DNA of 64,000 bases from IMG/VR virus record IMGVR_UViG_3300024496_000030, positions 1 through 64,000 of that record; one strand, written 5' to 3'. The notes below the pieces were generated by a model. The model had not been told where the DNA came from and did not search any database. It saw only the letters and a list, made by a program, of their open reading frames with translations. This stretch comes from a virus. A program made the translations under genes and the position numbers. Below, piece by piece: positions 58,141-64,000 of this stretch (position 1 is its first letter; each line of letters begins with the position of its first letter).

Positions 58141-58384
58141 ATTCTTCGTAGTAGGTTTTGATCACATCAGCCTCCAGGTTGGCAAGCCGTGTAATCAAAC
58201 TTCTAATTACTGCTTGACGTTGAACCGAGAGTTGCAATAGCTTCAGAGCTGCAGACTTCAGAACAATCGGATCGTCAACTGCTTCTATTTCTTTTGTCAG
58301 CTTCGTAAGCAAGAACTCATCTTCTAATGACAGGTTAAAATCATCAGGATTGAACTTAAACTCAATCAGCTCAAAGCCAGACAT
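58139..58384 (-). CDS. nblA: NblA-like phycobilisome degradation protein
   Basis: LSLEDEF..L..I....D...LK...LKLLQ....RQAVIRSLI two-helix pattern; TAGACT -10 at 58410-58405. Confidence 0.55.
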   Translation of the reverse strand: MSGFELIEFKFNPDDFNLSLEDEFLLTKLTKEIEAVDDPIVLKSAALKLLQLSVQRQAVIRSLITRLANLEADVIKTYYEE

Positions 58385-58474
58385 CTTGACATGGCATAAT
58401 GTTTAGTCTAAGCATTAAACATGCGAAGTAAAGTTTGAGTTAGACTATCTTTATATTCTGATCCACTAGCAACT

Positions 58475-59089
58475 GTGGCAATCCCTAAAGCAGATCCCAA
58501 AAGTTTTCTAAACCGTTATATCGGTAAAAACGATCAAGAGTCTGGTAAAGAACGTAGAGAGCGCCGCCAGGAACGACGCGAAAAGAAAAGAGAGCGTCAG
58601 TACAATGCTTCTATTCCTCAGGAATATAAAGATAAGTATGGTTCTACTGCTGGATCTATGTACGAAAGGGATAAGCTTGCCCAACGTGACGTCTCTACTG
58701 CAATGACAAAGCAAGGCGTTACTCCACTAGAAATAGATCGTTATGGTAGTGATGCTTTAAATGTGGCACGTGCACGCCAGTTAAACGAGCAGAAGAAGCA
58801 GATTGCAATGGATACTCTTACTCCAGGGATGGAGGATCGTCAAAAGGCGTTAGATGAAAGCTTCCGTTTAGCACAAACCGCCGGCATTCCAGGTGCTCGT
58901 GACTCTAAGCAAGCAACTAAGGATTTCTACACTAAAGAATTTGCTCGGTTTGGTAATAGCGCAAATGTTTTTGGTATGAAAGATCTGCTTGAAATGCGTA
59001 ACCGGGGCGAAAGCGAAGGAGATATTCGCCGTATTGCTTTAACCATTGGTAGCGTTGGTCCACTTGCTCGTAAAGAGCTTGGAATTTAA
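58475..59089 (+). CDS. charged protein, internal-protein-like
   Basis: Own TAGACT at 58441; SFLNRYI motif. Confidence 0.55.
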   Translation: MAIPKADPKSFLNRYIGKNDQESGKERRERRQERREKKRERQYNASIPQEYKDKYGSTAGSMYERDKLAQRDVSTAMTKQGVTPLEIDRYGSDALNVARARQLNEQKKQIAMDTLTPGMEDRQKALDESFRLAQTAGIPGARDSKQATKDFYTKEFARFGNSANVFGMKDLLEMRNRGESEGDIRRIALTIGSVGPLARKELGI

Positions 59090-59137
59090 TTAACGTCTTG
59101 CTAGACTATTTTCTATAACACATAGACTATAACAACT

Positions 59138-59944
59138 GTGGCTGATACTGCACCAACTACTCCTACCAAGTCACTGTCTCAGCAGTTCCTTGACAAATAC
59201 TTGGCTGATCCTGAGAAGAACCCTTATGGTCAGTTCTACTCTCAAGCAGCTGGTAATTCAGTAGTTGGTCAGTTGCCACGTTCTTTTGAGAAGTACGGAG
59301 CATTACCTGATCCTTTAGCTCTTGCTAAACAGTTGCAAGGAGCAGGTGACTCTCGCGCTGTACTAAAAGCTTCTCAAGCTGCTGTTAATAAATTTAGTGA
59401 GCAACGTGCTGCTAATTATGCAGCTTATGAAGAACCTTACAAAAAAGCTGAAGCATTGTTCCGCCAGCAAAGGCAAACAGGTTTTGCTACTCCAGAAGCA
59501 GAACAAGAAGCTCGTCAAGGTTTAGCTGCTGTTCGTGAAGCCACTTTCATTCCTTACTTAGCCAACCGTGGTTATCTCCAGGCTCAAGAACAGTTGACAA
59601 GAGATGCAAGTACTCTGGCTAAGCGTGAATCCAGGATGTCCCGCATCAGTGAACTGCTGTCTAGCCGTGGTGCTAGTCAAGAAATCATTGATGCAAGTTT
59701 AGATCCTTTCAAGAAAATTCAGAAACGCCAAGAAAAACGAGCAGCTACTCGCTACGGAGCTGTTAAAGATGTTGGACAAGGTGGCACTGTTGAACTTGGT
59801 GATCGTTTAACAGCTGGAGAAAGTATTAAAGGAATGATGAACAAAGCTGTAGATGAAGCATCTGATCGCCGTTGGCGCAAACAATACCGTGATGGTAAAG
59901 CTCCTGGTCAGGGGGCTGGCTACGAATCCCGATCTAAAGCTTGA
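59138..59944 (+). CDS. Ala/Gln-rich protein, internal-protein-like
   Basis: Own TAGACT at 59102; QFLDKYL motif. Confidence 0.55.
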   Translation: MADTAPTTPTKSLSQQFLDKYLADPEKNPYGQFYSQAAGNSVVGQLPRSFEKYGALPDPLALAKQLQGAGDSRAVLKASQAAVNKFSEQRAANYAAYEEPYKKAEALFRQQRQTGFATPEAEQEARQGLAAVREATFIPYLANRGYLQAQEQLTRDASTLAKRESRMSRISELLSSRGASQEIIDASLDPFKKIQKRQEKRAATRYGAVKDVGQGGTVELGDRLTAGESIKGMMNKAVDEASDRRWRKQYRDGKAPGQGAGYESRSKA

Positions 59945-59995
59945 CGGCAACAACTGAAAACCTAGACTGGATCTGGGTTTTCAGCTCTTGCTACA

Positions 59996-60127
59996 ATGGC
60001 AAAGAAATCTTTCAGCGGCACCATTCACAAGGAGTCTGTGCCTAAACGGACTTCTATTGGCCATGGCCGGCGCAAGCGTGGCTCGTTTAAGAACAGCAAA
60101 AAGTACAGGGGGCAAGGAAAAGCATGA
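59996..60127 (+). CDS. 43-aa basic protein (KKYRGQG family)
   Basis: MAKKSF..PKRTSIG.G..KKYRGQGKA; TAGACT at 59963. Confidence 0.65.
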   Translation: MAKKSFSGTIHKESVPKRTSIGHGRRKRGSFKNSKKYRGQGKA

Positions 60128-60183
60128 CCTTCTAGACCTGGAGTAAGTCTTAAAACTGCTCCTGCACACACCACCTGACCGTA

Positions 60184-61056
60184 ATGACCGTAACCGAAGC
60201 GCTGCTTTCCGATGCTCAGCGTCTTGTGTATGGACGCAGAAGAATTATTGACACGCTCTATCAAGAAGATCCAGATAAGTTCAAAGTTTTACAGGCTACT
60301 GATATTCAATCCATCTCACTCCAGGATGATTTGGTTTGTCTGGATCTAGCAGACACCCAACTCTATATAGAGCGGGCAAAAATCCTCAAAAATTTTTGGG
60401 AGCACCGCACGCGTACCCCTTCCTACTTTGATTACAAGGTCTGGAGCCAGGCATTGAGCAGCCGCCCCTGGCAAGGAACACCTGTTGCAGCCTTGGATTA
60501 CGGTCCGTCCCAAGCAATTGATGCGCTGGAGCCTTTGCTGGGACGCCCGCCTCGAATTCAAACGGATCGTGATGGAGTACAGAAGTTGTACTTTGTTATG
60601 GAGAAAGAAGAAATGTGCAGCTGTGAATCATGGAATCAAATGCATGTTCACAGGCATGAACTTTCTGATGAGTTCTCTACTTATACCGACATAAAATTCA
60701 AGCCTATTTGTAAGCATTTACAATGGTGTTCTGCCAACATGTTGCTTCATGCAATTCGGTTTGAATCCAGGCAGAACGATAAAGAATATAACCCAAGAAT
60801 CTGTGTCTACTATTTTGATCATCGTCGCGGTTTGTTACTGTATCGCGTTACTTATGACGGTGTAAAAACAGGTGGTCAGTGGCTACCTGTTGGTGGGTGG
60901 AAAGAAAAAGCTGTCTATGACAGCAACCACATGCCAACCGGAGCTTGCTGGCAAACCTTCACCGATGCTTTAACTCAAGATCCTCCCTTCAAACTATCGC
61001 CCTATTCCCATAGCCTGGGTGCTCTGATGAATAGCACCTGCTCTAAACAGTCCTGA
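60184..61056 (+). CDS. SWIM zinc-finger protein
   Basis: CSCESW...PICKHL. Confidence 0.6.
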   Translation: MTVTEALLSDAQRLVYGRRRIIDTLYQEDPDKFKVLQATDIQSISLQDDLVCLDLADTQLYIERAKILKNFWEHRTRTPSYFDYKVWSQALSSRPWQGTPVAALDYGPSQAIDALEPLLGRPPRIQTDRDGVQKLYFVMEKEEMCSCESWNQMHVHRHELSDEFSTYTDIKFKPICKHLQWCSANMLLHAIRFESRQNDKEYNPRICVYYFDHRRGLLLYRVTYDGVKTGGQWLPVGGWKEKAVYDSNHMPTGACWQTFTDALTQDPPFKLSPYSHSLGALMNSTCSKQS

Positions 61057-61080
61057 TTGCACACCACCGCATTACTCACC

Positions 61081-61677
61081 ATGGCTGACAAGCTTTCCCT
61101 GATCCAGATTGCTGAATCCATCCAGCACATCAGCTTCTTGAAGGACATGCCCGACATCCCCGAAGATGAGCGGGCCATGCTGGAGCAACATCTTCATGAT
61201 CTGGCTTCTCGCCAGGAGTCCAAGTTTGATGCCATCATCGGCATGATTAAAAAGTGCGATGCTTATATCGAGGCATTGCAAACAGAGATGGATGAGATTA
61301 AGGTAAACCTAGATGCATGGAAAAAGAACCGAGAGAAAATGGTTTCCATTGTTAAGTTTGCGTATCAACAGAATCTCATTGATAACAAACCAACAGGCGT
61401 TAAATATCAAGCTACTATTCGTAAAGTTAAGCCACGTCTTGTGGATAACTTTGAACACTGGGAGGAGGAAGATAAGACTGAATTTGGTTTGCGTAAGACC
61501 ACAACAGTAACGCGCATTAAAGACAACACAGTTGTGGATGTGAAGCAAGAGGATATACCTGATAAAGACCGGGTGCGTGATGCACTTGCTACTGATGACG
61601 GCTCAGCGCCAGCAGCAGCCCAGCTTGTTCCTGGATTCTCCTTTGTGTATGAGCGCCGCAAGAGATTAACTACCTGA
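61081..61677 (+). CDS. siphovirus Gp157-like protein
   Basis: ESKFDAII.MIK..D..IEAL..E coiled coil; C-terminal PDKD.V..AL. Confidence 0.55.
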   Translation: MADKLSLIQIAESIQHISFLKDMPDIPEDERAMLEQHLHDLASRQESKFDAIIGMIKKCDAYIEALQTEMDEIKVNLDAWKKNREKMVSIVKFAYQQNLIDNKPTGVKYQATIRKVKPRLVDNFEHWEEEDKTEFGLRKTTTVTRIKDNTVVDVKQEDIPDKDRVRDALATDDGSAPAAAQLVPGFSFVYERRKRLTT

Positions 61678-61758
61678 TAAACTAGATGAGTTCCCCCTCT
61701 CTTTGATGGGGCCTCACGGTTCTGGAGGCGTCCGTTAACGTCTCCCCGACTTCCCCTC

Positions 61759-61929
61759 ATGCGTCGCCAAAAGCTCTGGCACCTCTGGGCAAAAGCACTC
61801 GGAGAAAAGACAGGACGGACAACCTCAGAAGCTGATCAGGTTGCTCTTATCCGTTCCGTCATCTTCTTAACTTACTTCTTAACTAACTGTTTCATTGTGG
61901 CTGGTGTCATTCGCCACTGGAACAACTGA
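61759..61929 (+). CDS. small cyanophage membrane protein
   Basis: WAKALGEK..EADQVALIR..TNCFIVAGVIRHW. Confidence 0.65.
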   Translation: MRRQKLWHLWAKALGEKTGRTTSEADQVALIRSVIFLTYFLTNCFIVAGVIRHWNN

Positions 61930-62019
61930 GTCTCGTGTAAGACTTAACACTTTCTCCCTACCCTCCCTAGTAACCAAGAACAACATCCGCTAATCTTGGT
62001 GCGGCCTTCCGTACCTTCT

Positions 62020-63812
62020 ATGGCTGCTGAGTTCTACTACAGGGATTACGAAACCTATTTCCCCACATTCAGCAAGCACTCTGGCAAAATTGCTGAAATG
62101 ATGGCTCATTTGAACCATCAGATTACTGAATTTAATTTGGCGCCAGTACCCAGTCAGGAACTGTTTCGTATGACTTTGGATCTGATGTATTACGTTGATC
62201 AAAGTTATAAATCAGATCACGGTATTCCTGATCAGTACGAAGTTCTTTCTTTCAAAACTAAAGATGAAATGCTTGATTCAATGCGATCTCTCCTCAAAGA
62301 AGAACTTGATCGGTACCTGGGATCTAGCGATGCAGCCAATCAATGAAACCACTCAGTCCTGGGTCTGTGATGTTGATGAGGACGGTGTTCTTACCTTCCC
62401 CGATGAACTCTGGAACCTCATGGGTTGGCAGGAAGGAGACACTGTGGAGTTTCTTGATCAAGAAGATGGATCATTTATTCTCAGGAAAGTAGACCCTGAA
62501 AGCAATGATCAAGATTGTTAAAGATAAGTTGGTCCGACGTTTGAATGTTCATCTGGTGTCTCACATTGGGGCGCCAGAAACATCAACTGATTGGGTCAAT
62601 GGCTATCAACAAGCCATCAATGATGCTGAAAAGTTTCTTGATCAGCTTGAAGTTTATGAACCTTACACAGAATGAAACTTTCCGAACTTCTCAACAAGCT
62701 GCAACGGTTTCACGATCTGTACCCACAGATTGATCCTGAAATCACGCTGACTGAAGTTGCATATTGTACTTATGATATAAGAAAGACTGATCCCGAGTTT
62801 TACTGTAGAACTGTCAAGGAAATTACTTGTTTTGAGTTGCAAACATTCTTGCATATCCCTGCTGAAAGTTTGTTTTCAGAACGCGGTCCTTACCTAAACA
62901 TCTTCTATGAAGGCGATGTTATTGATAGACCAGAAGACTATTGGAAAAACAATTACTTTGCTCAACATGCAAACAAACAAACTGGAGCAGTTCATTCAAG
63001 CAGCTGCTCAAGCCCAGACCCAGGATCTCCAGTGGATCAGCAACCTGTACCAGAGCAGGCTGAAGAATCTTACGGAGAAAAGTGAGAAATATAATGAAGG
63101 GAAGAATTCTGCTTTCAATGAAAACACACAAACTAATTGACCTCATGCAGCCAGAGTGGGTTTGTACCGACTGTGGTAGGCAATGGGGTCTATGGTGGGA
63201 TGATGGAAAATACGCCGGCCCAGCAAAACACTGTGCTACCTTCCATGACGGAAAGTGTGATGTGTGCGGTAATAAAAAACCTGTAACTGAAGCTCGTGAC
63301 TACGGTTACCTAAAAGAAGGATGGCATGAACCTTTGGTAGAGTAGTACCAATAAAAGTGCTTTGGAATGATGCGTCATCGCAGCGCTCTTAAAGAACAAG
63401 TTCTTGCTGATGCTCGTAAGAAAATGGGCATGAGCGATGAAAAACGTACCGAGTTTCAGCAACGAATGAAAGAAGCTAAGGCCAAGCGTATGGCTAAGCA
63501 AGAGAAGAAGACAGCTTCTGCATAATTGCTTCTTAAATAAAACCTGCTAACTTAGTGCTGTAAGTACCATTTCATATGGCTCGCAGCACTAAACAAGCAC
63601 GCTTTAAAGGTAAGCCTTCGGAAATCCTAGACTCCATTGAGTTCGAGGGTTACACCATTCAGTCTTTACGCCACGGGGTAACGGGACATATTCTCTACCG
63701 TTATCCCAGCGAAGATTATGACTGGGAACCCTGCTGGGGTATGGACCTTGAAACGGCTAAAAAATCGGTGTTGCGCTGTCGAGAAGCAGAGCAACTACAA
63801 TCAAAAGCATAA
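62020..63812 (+). CDS. further hypothetical genes (62020-62346, 62672-63085, ~63118-63345, 63576-63812)
   Basis: ORF track; the 63118 ORF has CxxC..CxxC. Confidence 0.45.
62330..62521 (+). CDS. AbrB/MazE-like protein
   Basis: VDEDGVLTFPDEL...GWQEGDTVEF...DGSFILRK. Confidence 0.65.
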   Translation: MQPINETTQSWVCDVDEDGVLTFPDELWNLMGWQEGDTVEFLDQEDGSFILRKVDPESNDQDC

Positions 63813-64000
63813 TTAGTGTTGTCATGGGACCAGTTAAGAACGACCTTATGGATGACCTTGCATGGTCCATCTATGAGTACTTAGTTGATGAGTCAACCAA
63901 GTACGAGGGTTCTTTGCTGGTCCTCATGCCAATCACCAAGATTGCTAAACAGTTTGAACGTAATCACCGGACTGTCACCAGGCGGTTGAGTGCGCTTAAA

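Overview
The window is part of a tailed dsDNA phage genome, most likely a freshwater picocyanobacterial phage. Host evidence is an NblA-like gene, ThyX, a DUF5895-like protein and several small ORF families typical of cyanophages. Positions ~1-33,900 (minus strand) are the morphogenesis module: tail fibres and chaperones, two cell-wall hydrolases, capsid, scaffold, portal, TerL/TerS and a block of Gly/Ala/Gln-rich putative internal/ejection proteins. No tail tube, sheath or tape measure is recognisable. Positions ~34,100-64,000 (mostly plus strand) hold early and replication genes: two SSBs, an SH3b/L,D-transpeptidase-like cassette, PcfJ-like, ThyX, ArdC-like, T7-type PolA, dCMP deaminase and Gp157-like. 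The most striking content is non-coding. (1) A candidate ~78-nt minus-strand sRNA (44395-44472) has a -10 box, 5' hairpin, unpaired GUGUGCAAAGCAG seed and terminator. Its seed is complementary to a (CTGC)TTTGCACAC motif in the translation-initiation region of at least 11 early genes, suggesting a phage sRNA regulon for early-gene shut-off. (2) A canonical type II hammerhead ribozyme (35644-35710) overlaps one of four GNA-triloop DNA-hairpin repeats at the start of the early region. (3) A D-armless tRNA-like element (57073-57134). (4) A ~290-nt multi-stem RNA (50429-50716). All protein calls come from motifs recognised by eye; no database searches were run.
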